From the NCBI GenBank assembly GCA_965112635.1, contig OZ218778.1:768001-832000 (forward strand): DNA of 64,000 nucleotides. The letters are read 5' to 3'. The first letter of the stretch is position 1, and every line of letters starts with the position of its first letter. A program made the translations under genes and the position numbers. Shown piece by piece: positions 41,863 to 50,043 of the stretch. This DNA comes from an uncultured bacterium. GTDB lineage: Bacteria; Oederibacteriota; Oederibacteriia; Oederibacteriales; Oederibacteriaceae. A model generated the notes under the pieces. That model did no database searches and was not told the origin of the DNA. It worked only from the letters and a program-made list of their open reading frames with translations.

Positions 41863-44373
41863 ATGAAAGTCGTTCTGATGGTCGGCGGGTTTGGCACGCG
41901 GTTGCGTCCCCTGACCATAAACATCCCCAAACCCATGGTCCCCATGTGCAACAGGCCCCTTTTGTACCACACCCTGCACCTTTTGAAAAAGCATGACCTG
42001 ACCGACCTGACCGGAGTCGTTTATTACCAGCCCGAAGTCATAAAGAGTTATTTCAACGACGGCAAGGAGTTCGGGGTCAAGCTTGACTATGTCAATGCCG
42101 AGAGCGACCTCGGGACAGCCGGCAGCGTCAAGAACGCCGAAGCCACCCTCAAGGACACCTTTATGGTCATGAGCGGGGACGTCCTGACGGATTTCGACCT
42201 GAAGCGGGCCATCGAGTTCCACCGTGCCAAAAAAGCCATGGCCACCATGGTCCTGACGCACGTGGAGAACCCGCTGGCCTACGGCGTGGTCATCACGGAC
42301 AAGGAGCACCGCATCGTCCGTTTCCTAGAAAAGCCGAGCTGGGGCGAGGTCTTCAGCGACGCGGTCAACACCGGCATCTATATTCTGGAGCCCGAGATCT
42401 TTTCCCTCATCCCCAAAGGCAAGGAGTTCGACTTTTCGAGGAACCTCTACCCCCTGATGCTGGAGAAAAAGCTGCCCCTCTTCGGCTACATCGCCGAAGG
42501 GTACTGGAAGGACGTGGGCAACCTGCTGGAGTATAGGCTGGCCCACCGCGACATTTTAAAGGGCGAGGTGGAGATCAAGATCCCCGGCAGCCGCCAGGGA
42601 CGCATCGGCAAGGAGATTTGGGTGGACGAGGGCAGCAAGGTGGACGGCCAGGCCATGCTCAAGGAGTCGGTCGTCATCGGCAAGAACTGCCGCATCGCCA
42701 AGGACGTCAAGATCACCAACTGCGTCATCGGGGACAACTGCACCATCGACGAGGGCTCCATCCTGACCGAATGCATCCTGTGGAACAACGTGCGCATCGG
42801 CGCGGAAGCGGACTTGAAAGAGGACGTCATCGCCAGCGACAGCGAGATCAAGACCAAGGCCTACGTGGCGGTCGGGGTGGTCATCTCCGACCACTGCCAG
42901 ATCGGCTCGAGCGCCACGGTCAAGGCCGACGTCAAGATCTGGCCGCACAAGGTCGTGGAGGACGGCGCCACGCTGGCCACCAGCCTGGTCTGGGGCAGCA
43001 AATGGGCCCGGAACCTTTTTGACGCCTACGGGGTGAGCGGGCTGGCCAACATCGAGGTCACGCCGGAGTTCGCCTCCAAGCTGGGCGCCTCCTACGGGGC
43101 CTCGCTGGAAAAAGGGTCCTACGTGGTGTGCAGCCGCGATTCCCACAAGATCTCACGCATGATCGACCGGGCCTTCGTGTCCGGGGTCCTGTCCGCCGGG
43201 GTCAACGTCTATAACCTGCAGGTGATGCCCATCCCGGTGGCGCGCTACGCGGCCAAGAGCACCGAGAGCGTTGGCGGGGTCCACATCCGCAAGTCCCCCT
43301 ACAACCCCAACATGCTGGATTTCAAGTTCTTCGACGTGCAGGGCATGGACCTGAGCATCCTCAAAGAACGGAGCATCGAAGGGTATTTCCAGCGCGAGGA
43401 CTACCGCCGGGTCCCGGCCGACGAGGTGGGGACCCTCGGGTTCCCTTACCGGGGCATTGATTTTTACAAGGAGCAGTTCCTCAACTTCATCGCCAAGGAC
43501 GACATCAAGAAGAACGGCCTCAAGGTGGTCGTGGACTATTCGTTCGGCAGCGCCTCGACCATTTTCCCGTCCCTTTTAGGCGAGCTGGGCTGCGAGATCG
43601 TGAGCTTGAACGCTTACATGGACGAGACCAAACTGACCAAGAACAAGGACGAGTTCCAGCAGAGCCTGAAGCAGCTTTCCAACATCGTGGCCACCCTGGG
43701 CGCTAACCTGGGCGTGACCCTGGACGCCGGGGCCCAAAAGATCTTCGTGGTGGACGAGCTGGGCAACATCCTGGACGGCGATAAAGCCGTTGTTTTGATG
43801 TGTCTTTTGGCCCTCAGGGCCAAACCGGGCACGACCATTTCCGTGCCCATTTCCGCTTCCCGGGTGATCGAAAAAGTGGCCAGCGATTACGGCGGACAGG
43901 TCATCCGCTGCGGCACCACCTACCGGTCCATGATGGAGACCGTGGCCCAGAAAAAAGCCAACCTGGTCGCCGAGGCCAAGGGCGGATACATCTTTTCCGA
44001 GTTCCAGCCCGTGTTCGACGCCATGTATTCCTGCGTCAAATTGATGGAATTTTTGGTCCACGAGAAAAAACCCCTGTCGGAGCTCATCAAGCTCGTGCCG
44101 GATTTCAAGATCGTCCGCGACCATGTGGCCTGCGGGTTCGAGCGCAAAGGCGCCATCATGCGGCGCCTGGTGGAGGATGTCAAAGCCGACCGGCTGGAGC
44201 TTCTGGACGGGGTCAAGATCTGGCACAAGGACAGCTGGGTGCTGATCCTGCCGGACATGGACAAGTCGTTCTTCCACATCAACGCCGAGGGCGCCACCGT
44301 GGAAGAAGGCAAAAAGCTGGTCCACAAATACATCAAGCTCATCGAGGACTGGCAAAAGGATATGGATAAATAG
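41863..44373 (+). CDS. Mannose-1-phosphate guanylyltransferase / hexapeptide / phosphohexomutase-like fusion
   Basis: GGFGTRLRPLT..PKPM, LGTAGSVKN, GYWKDVG, left-handed beta-helix, C-terminal PGM/PMM-like domains. Confidence 0.88.
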   Translation: MKVVLMVGGFGTRLRPLTINIPKPMVPMCNRPLLYHTLHLLKKHDLTDLTGVVYYQPEVIKSYFNDGKEFGVKLDYVNAESDLGTAGSVKNAEATLKDTFMVMSGDVLTDFDLKRAIEFHRAKKAMATMVLTHVENPLAYGVVITDKEHRIVRFLEKPSWGEVFSDAVNTGIYILEPEIFSLIPKGKEFDFSRNLYPLMLEKKLPLFGYIAEGYWKDVGNLLEYRLAHRDILKGEVEIKIPGSRQGRIGKEIWVDEGSKVDGQAMLKESVVIGKNCRIAKDVKITNCVIGDNCTIDEGSILTECILWNNVRIGAEADLKEDVIASDSEIKTKAYVAVGVVISDHCQIGSSATVKADVKIWPHKVVEDGATLATSLVWGSKWARNLFDAYGVSGLANIEVTPEFASKLGASYGASLEKGSYVVCSRDSHKISRMIDRAFVSGVLSAGVNVYNLQVMPIPVARYAAKSTESVGGVHIRKSPYNPNMLDFKFFDVQGMDLSILKERSIEGYFQREDYRRVPADEVGTLGFPYRGIDFYKEQFLNFIAKDDIKKNGLKVVVDYSFGSASTIFPSLLGELGCEIVSLNAYMDETKLTKNKDEFQQSLKQLSNIVATLGANLGVTLDAGAQKIFVVDELGNILDGDKAVVLMCLLALRAKPGTTISVPISASRVIEKVASDYGGQVIRCGTTYRSMMETVAQKKANLVAEAKGGYIFSEFQPVFDAMYSCVKLMEFLVHEKKPLSELIKLVPDFKIVRDHVACGFERKGAIMRRLVEDVKADRLELLDGVKIWHKDSWVLILPDMDKSFFHINAEGATVEEGKKLVHKYIKLIEDWQKDMDK

Positions 44374-44386
44374 TCCTGCCGCTCTT

Positions 44387-45838
44387 TTGAAAGGAATAAC
44401 CTTGGGGGATATCAAATTCGGGACATCGGGCTGGCGGGCCATCATCGCCGAAGATTTCACCTATGACAACGTGGGCGTCTGCGCCCAGGCCGTGGCCGGG
44501 CATCTGAAGAAAAAAAAGACCGCAAAGCGCGGGGTGGTCATCGGCTATGACACGCGCTTCCTTTCCGAAAAGTTCGCGGAAAGAGTCGCCCTGGTTTTGG
44601 CCGGCAATAACATCCGTTGCTGGCTGTCTCCCAGTCCTGTGCCCACGCCGGTCTTGGCCTTTGAGGTCCTGCGGCGCCATGCCGGCGGAGCCGTCAACAT
44701 CACGGCCAGCCACAATCCTTCCGAATACAACGGCTTTAAATTCAATTCCGAATGGGGCGGGCCGGCCCTGCCCGAAGAAACCCGGGCTTTGGAACAACTC
44801 TGCCTGAAAATCAAAAAACACGGCACTGTCAAAATGGCCGATCCCCAACAAGCCCGGCACAAAGGCCTCATCCAGAAATTAGAGCCCAAAGAAATTTATT
44901 TTAAACGCCTAAAACAAATGGTGGACTGCTCAGCCATCAAAAAAGCCCGCTTGCGCATCGTGGTGGACCCGCTGTGGGGCGCCGGGATCGGCTACCTGGA
45001 CACATTCCTAAAAAATATCGGGTGCGAGATTAAGACCATCCATACCAACCGCGACGTGCTGTTCGGAGGCAAACATCCGGAGCCGGCTATGGAGCAGCTC
45101 CAGGCCGTCATCAAGGAGATGAAACCTTTCCGCGCCAGCTTAGGGTTGAGCACGGACGGTGACGCGGACCGTTTCGGCGTGGTGGACGCGGACCCAAAAG
45201 CCTTTGGCGCTTTTTTCACGCCCAACCAGGTCATCGGTCTTTTACTCAACCATTTGCTCAAGACCAGGGGCTGGCAAGGCCCGGCGGTGCGCTCCCTGGC
45301 CACCACCCACTGGATCGACGCCATCGCGGCAAAACGCGGGGTCGAGGTCATGGAGACCCCGGTGGGGTTCAAATTCGTCGGGGAAGCCATGCTGAAATAT
45401 AAAGGTACCATCGGCGGCGAGGAAAGCGGAGGCCTGACCATCCATGATTACATCCCGGAAAAAGACGGTATCTTGGCCTGTCTGCTCATGGCTGAAATGG
45501 TCGCGGTCAACAAAAAGAGCATCACCCGCATCTACGAGGAGCTCTGCGCAGAGGTCGGGCGCGTGTTTTCGGGCAGGATAAACCTCAAGCTCAAGCCGGG
45601 GGTCAAAGAAAAAGTCATCAATCTCCTGCAAAAAAAACCACCCCGGGAATTCGCGGGCATCCCGGTGGCCAGGGTCAACGCGTCGGACGGGTTCAAATTT
45701 TACTTACAGGACAAGAGCTGGGTCATGGTCAGGTTTTCCGGCACCGAGCCCTTGGTCAGGATCTACTGGGAGTCCTGGGACAAAAAAACCTATACCAGCC
45801 TGCAAAAATCAGTGGAGAAATTATTAAGGTCCGTGTAG
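44387..45838 (+). CDS. Phosphoglucomutase/phosphomannomutase
   Basis: FGTSGWR, ITASHNP, DGDADR, GGEESGG, RFSGTEP. Confidence 0.93.
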   Translation: MKGITLGDIKFGTSGWRAIIAEDFTYDNVGVCAQAVAGHLKKKKTAKRGVVIGYDTRFLSEKFAERVALVLAGNNIRCWLSPSPVPTPVLAFEVLRRHAGGAVNITASHNPSEYNGFKFNSEWGGPALPEETRALEQLCLKIKKHGTVKMADPQQARHKGLIQKLEPKEIYFKRLKQMVDCSAIKKARLRIVVDPLWGAGIGYLDTFLKNIGCEIKTIHTNRDVLFGGKHPEPAMEQLQAVIKEMKPFRASLGLSTDGDADRFGVVDADPKAFGAFFTPNQVIGLLLNHLLKTRGWQGPAVRSLATTHWIDAIAAKRGVEVMETPVGFKFVGEAMLKYKGTIGGEESGGLTIHDYIPEKDGILACLLMAEMVAVNKKSITRIYEELCAEVGRVFSGRINLKLKPGVKEKVINLLQKKPPREFAGIPVARVNASDGFKFYLQDKSWVMVRFSGTEPLVRIYWESWDKKTYTSLQKSVEKLLRSV

Positions 45839-45857
45839 ACGGACCGGAAAAGATGTC

Positions 45858-47006
45858 ATGAAGATCGTTGTTGCTCCAGGTCCTTTTAAAGGCAGTCTCA
45901 CTTCGACGCAGGCCGCTCAGGCCATGGCCATCGGGGTCAAAAGGGTGTTCCCGGCGGCTGAGGTGGTGCAGATCCCCATGTCGGACGGCGGAGGCGGGAC
46001 CACGGAGCTTTTGGTCAGGGCCACGGACGGGGAAATGCTGACCGCCGAGGTCACCGGGCCCTTGGGCGACAAGGTCAACGCCAGCTATGGCATCCTCGGG
46101 GACGGCGTCACGGCGGTCGTGGAGGTCGCCGCGGCTTCGGGATTTTCCCTTGTCCCGGCTGACCAGCGCAATCCTTTCCTCACCACCACCTACGGGACCG
46201 GCGAGCTCATCCGCCAGGCCCTGGACCAGGAACCCAAACGGCTCATCATCGGGCTGGGCGACAGCGCGACCTGCGACGGAGGGGCCGGGTGCATGCAGGC
46301 TTTGGGCGCCAAATTGCTGGACGCCTCCGGCCAAGAGGTCCCGGTGGGCGGCGGCCATCTGCAGGACATCAAAAAAATAGACCTCACGGATTTCGACCCG
46401 CGGCTAAAAAATACGGAGATTATCGTGGCCTGCGATTCTTTTTCGCCTCTCATAGGCCCCAAGGGTTCGGCCAGGATGTACGGCCCCCAAAAAGGCGCCA
46501 CCCCGGAGATGGTGGAGGTTTTGGAATCCGGACTGCAGCACTGGGCCAACCTGCTCTGGATCCTTTTCAAAAAAGAGACCCAGGACATGGAAGGCGCCGG
46601 GGCCGCGGGCGGGCTGGGCGCGAGCCTCACGACTTTTTGCGGGGCCAAGCTGACCCCGGGCGCCGGCGTGGTGCTGGAGTACGTGGGCTTCGAAAAAAAA
46701 GTCGAGGGAGCCACGCTGTGCATCACGGGCGAGGGCAAAATGGACGAACAGACCCTTTACGGCAAGGGCGCGTCGGCCGTGGCCGGCCTGGCCAAAAAAA
46801 ATAAGGTGCCGGTCGTGGCCGTGGCCGGAGCTCTGGACGCGCAGTCGGGCCTGCTCTATGAAAAAGGCATCGACGCCATGGTGAGCATCGTGCCCGGACC
46901 CATGGAACTCAAAGAAGCCATGGCCAATGCCGCCAACCTCATCGAAGACTCCACGGAGCGGCTTTTGAACTGGCTCTTGCTGGGGAACAAGATCTCGTTC
47001 AAATGA
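45858..47006 (+). CDS. glxK: Glycerate kinase (GlxK/GarK family)
   Basis: FKGSLT, PMSDGGGGT, TYGTGELI, YGPQKGA, GAGAAGGLG, ITGEG..D.QT..GK. Confidence 0.9.
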   Translation: MKIVVAPGPFKGSLTSTQAAQAMAIGVKRVFPAAEVVQIPMSDGGGGTTELLVRATDGEMLTAEVTGPLGDKVNASYGILGDGVTAVVEVAAASGFSLVPADQRNPFLTTTYGTGELIRQALDQEPKRLIIGLGDSATCDGGAGCMQALGAKLLDASGQEVPVGGGHLQDIKKIDLTDFDPRLKNTEIIVACDSFSPLIGPKGSARMYGPQKGATPEMVEVLESGLQHWANLLWILFKKETQDMEGAGAAGGLGASLTTFCGAKLTPGAGVVLEYVGFEKKVEGATLCITGEGKMDEQTLYGKGASAVAGLAKKNKVPVVAVAGALDAQSGLLYEKGIDAMVSIVPGPMELKEAMANAANLIEDSTERLLNWLLLGNKISFK

Positions 47007-47584
47007 AGGGAACCATGAACGGCATACCACAACAGTTCTTTGAGCCAGGGTGCCTTTTCCAAGAAGAACAGCGCATCATCCCGACCAGAACTTTTCAGGC
47101 TATCCTGAACTGGCTGACCTGGATTATGATCGCCTTTCCTTTTATAGTTTTTATAATATTTCGTTTGTCCCATGCCGGGCTGATGTTCACCATAGGATGG
47201 TGCATCATTCCGGCTGTTGGCCTCAGCCTCCGGTATACCATCTTAAAAGCCCAGCTGACCACCAAAGTTTACAGCGACCGGCTGACATTTGAGTACTGGC
47301 CCTTTTACACCTGGCCCCGCTGGCTGTTGTTCGGCATTCCCCGGCCAGAGCTTAAAATGAAGGAAATCGCTGATTTTAAGGCCTTAAAATACAAGGCCTG
47401 GGTCACGGGCTGGGGCATCCATTATGGGCCCTACGGCGGCTGGGTATTCAATACTTCCGGCAATATGGGTGTGGCTATTGTCACGGACAAGGGTAAAAAA
47501 ATACTTATTGGTTCGCAAAAGCCGGAAGAACTTTTTGGCGCCTTGCAAAGGGCCAAGTCAAAAGTCTTGATCACTTCAGCTTAA
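47003..47584 (+). CDS. Hypothetical membrane protein (2 TM plus GWG...SG..GV..LIGSQKPEEL domain)
   Basis: Overlaps the glxK stop; hydrophobic segments; conserved-looking C-terminal motif. Confidence 0.7.
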   Translation: MKGTMNGIPQQFFEPGCLFQEEQRIIPTRTFQAILNWLTWIMIAFPFIVFIIFRLSHAGLMFTIGWCIIPAVGLSLRYTILKAQLTTKVYSDRLTFEYWPFYTWPRWLLFGIPRPELKMKEIADFKALKYKAWVTGWGIHYGPYGGWVFNTSGNMGVAIVTDKGKKILIGSQKPEELFGALQRAKSKVLITSA

Positions 47585-47598
47585 AAAAAGGAGAAGCC

Positions 47599-49635
47599 AT
47601 GCGCCTGCATCTGGTTCCCAATTCACATATTGACCCGGTCTGGCTGTGGAACAAGTACGAGGGCATGGACGAAGTTTTGAACACCTTCCGCTCGGCCTGC
47701 AGCCGGCTGGATGAGTTCCCCGGCCTGACTTTTTCGGCCAGCTCCCTGCAGTTCTACGAGTGGGTCATAAAATACGACCAGGCACTTTTCAAGCGCATCC
47801 GGGGCTTTATAGACAAGGGCCGCTGGGAAGTGACCGGTGGGTGGTGGGTGGAAGCGGACACCAACATGCCTTTGGAAATAAGTTTCCTCAAGCACGCGGA
47901 GCTATCCGCCGAGTTCGCCAAAAAAAATCTCGGCGTACAGATAACGACCGCGTATGCGCCGGACACTTTTGGACACCCGGCGACCTTACCCAAAATTCTC
48001 GCTCAAACAGGATTTAAATATTTCATTTTTTGCCGGCCCGATGCCTGGGAGAAGCCGGACCTCCCGGCCAACCTGTTCCGCTGGGAGTACGAGGGAGCAA
48101 GCGTCCTGGCTTACCGCATCAAATACCATTACGCGCAGTGGGACGCGGACGAAGTTTTGCTGACCAAGCTGGGTGACGAGGAGTTCAAAAAGAATCCGGT
48201 CAACTGCTGGTTCTTCGGCATCGGCGACCACGGAGGCGGGCCGACCATCAAAGAAATAAAGTTCTGGGAAAAATATATTTTGGGACAGCCAAAGGGTGAC
48301 ACGGCCTTTTCTACCTGCCAGAAATTTTTTGAGGATGCGGAAAAGGTTCCCGGCATCCCTGCCTACAGCGGAGATCTGCACATGCACGCCATCGGATGCT
48401 ATTCGGTGATGGGAGAGGTCAAAACAGCCATGCGCGATACCGAGCTCGCTCTTGCTCATGCTTCCCGCGCTTTAAAAATGGACGGGAAGACGGACACCTG
48501 TCTGGAGGACGCGTGGAAGACCACGCTCTTTAACCAGTTCCACGACATCCTGCCGGGCTCATGCACCTATGAAGCCGCGGCTAATGCCCGGGCAGAGCTT
48601 CAGGGCGTAAAGGGTTTATGCCAGGACACGGCTTATAGTTATCTCAAAACTATTTCGCTGCAGACAAAACCGAAGATCAAAGAAGGAGAGTTCAGGATTT
48701 TTAACACGCTCCCCTACGAGGTCAAAGTCCCCCTGGCTGTGGAGTCTTTGGTTTATTTCCGGGAGAACGCGGCTTTTAAAGACGGGCAGGGCCAGCTCGT
48801 GGAGCTCCAGGAAATTTTGCCGGAGACCCGGACAGGCACCCGCAAATGGGAATTTGTGGGGACAATCCCGGCCAAAAGCTTCAGCACTTACTATTTTGAC
48901 AACGACACGACCGTCGCCAGGGCCGCTTCACCACATTTCCAGCCCGTGCAGGTGAACTCCACGGCCGTTTTGGCCCACCGGCTGGGGTCTTTGGTCCAAT
49001 TCGCGGTTTTAGGGGACATTTCCGACACCTGGGGTCACGGCCAGAGCAAATATGACTCGGTCGAGGGTTTTTTCAGACTGGATTCCTCCAGCGTCCTTTT
49101 GGGGCCGGTCACCAACAAGCTTTTTCAGCGCTGGTCCTACGGCTGCTCCAGCCTGGACATCGTTTACTCCACCTATCCGGGCCTAACCGGCATTTACGCG
49201 GATATCCGGGCTATCTGGGCTGAGCGCCGGAAGATCCTCAAAATGGAAATACACCCCGCCCTAGGCGTTTCCGAGCCCGGGGCGGCCAGGCAGTGCGCTG
49301 GAGGGAGCGTCCTGCGGCCCCTGGACGGCCTGGAACTGCCCCTGCACCACTGGGTTTGGAAGCCTGCGGGCCCCTCAGGCCTGGCTGTGGTCCAAAAAGG
49401 GGCTTTTAGCTTCGACTGCCTTCCGGAACGGCTTCGCCTCACCCTCATCCGCTCCAGTTTTTACGGCTATGACCGGGGCGTCAAACTTGACCCCAGCGAC
49501 CCCCAGATGGACACGGACCAGGGCCGACATGATTTCCGGATTTTGATCCTTTCCGGTCAAAAACTGGACCCGGCCTTCCTGGACCGGGCCAGCGAAGTGT
49601 TTTTGGAGCCCTTCACCCTCATCCGGGAGTCCTAG
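47599..49635 (+). CDS. GH38 alpha-mannosidase-family glycoside hydrolase
   Basis: SHIDPVWLW, GGWWVEAD, nucleophile motif PDTFGH, GDHGGGP, NQFHDILPG. Confidence 0.9.
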   Translation: MRLHLVPNSHIDPVWLWNKYEGMDEVLNTFRSACSRLDEFPGLTFSASSLQFYEWVIKYDQALFKRIRGFIDKGRWEVTGGWWVEADTNMPLEISFLKHAELSAEFAKKNLGVQITTAYAPDTFGHPATLPKILAQTGFKYFIFCRPDAWEKPDLPANLFRWEYEGASVLAYRIKYHYAQWDADEVLLTKLGDEEFKKNPVNCWFFGIGDHGGGPTIKEIKFWEKYILGQPKGDTAFSTCQKFFEDAEKVPGIPAYSGDLHMHAIGCYSVMGEVKTAMRDTELALAHASRALKMDGKTDTCLEDAWKTTLFNQFHDILPGSCTYEAAANARAELQGVKGLCQDTAYSYLKTISLQTKPKIKEGEFRIFNTLPYEVKVPLAVESLVYFRENAAFKDGQGQLVELQEILPETRTGTRKWEFVGTIPAKSFSTYYFDNDTTVARAASPHFQPVQVNSTAVLAHRLGSLVQFAVLGDISDTWGHGQSKYDSVEGFFRLDSSSVLLGPVTNKLFQRWSYGCSSLDIVYSTYPGLTGIYADIRAIWAERRKILKMEIHPALGVSEPGAARQCAGGSVLRPLDGLELPLHHWVWKPAGPSGLAVVQKGAFSFDCLPERLRLTLIRSSFYGYDRGVKLDPSDPQMDTDQGRHDFRILILSGQKLDPAFLDRASEVFLEPFTLIRES

Positions 49636-49658
49636 GCCGCTCGGCCAGCCTCCCTGGC

Positions 49659-50018
49659 GCTTGTTCATAGTTGGGGTAAAAAATGAACGAGCATAATTTA
49701 GGTTGGGGTATAAATCAACTTATTTTCCAAGCACAACATAAGCACACTTAATTTAGGGTATAAGTTAGTGTATTAGCTACTTGGGTAGACTTTCTGACCT
49801 TGAGAGTATAAGTGGCAGTATTAGTAATCGGTTCGCTAGGCCAGAAATAACGCAGACAACCCAGTTGGGGGGCTGAAATTTTAACTCTTGTAAATTCATT
49901 TAAATTATTAAATTTTACAAATTAATCTATGTAATTAAAGGAATTAGCCAAAAATAATGAGTGGAATTACCGAAATTTTTTTTACTCCCAATTTAACTAA
50001 AAGGGGGTAAACTTAGTT
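49659..50018. repeat. Cluster of degenerate TTGRGGTAWAA repeats, several in hairpin loops
   Basis: Copies at 49669, 49701, 49751, 49779, 49798, about 50001, and one inverted at 49979-49992. Confidence 0.55.
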
Positions 50019-50043
50019 CAACCATGGGTTAAGGGAGGCTGGT

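Noticed and set aside
49683-49751. 22-aa ORF MNEHNLGWGINQLIFQAQHKHT behind GGGGT
   Set aside because: Start is buried in a stem and there is no coding support; cannot be distinguished from chance
49659-49830. Repeats as a CRISPR array or plasmid iterons
   Set aside because: Repeats are short and degenerate with irregular spacing (32, 50, 27, 21); no cas or rep gene
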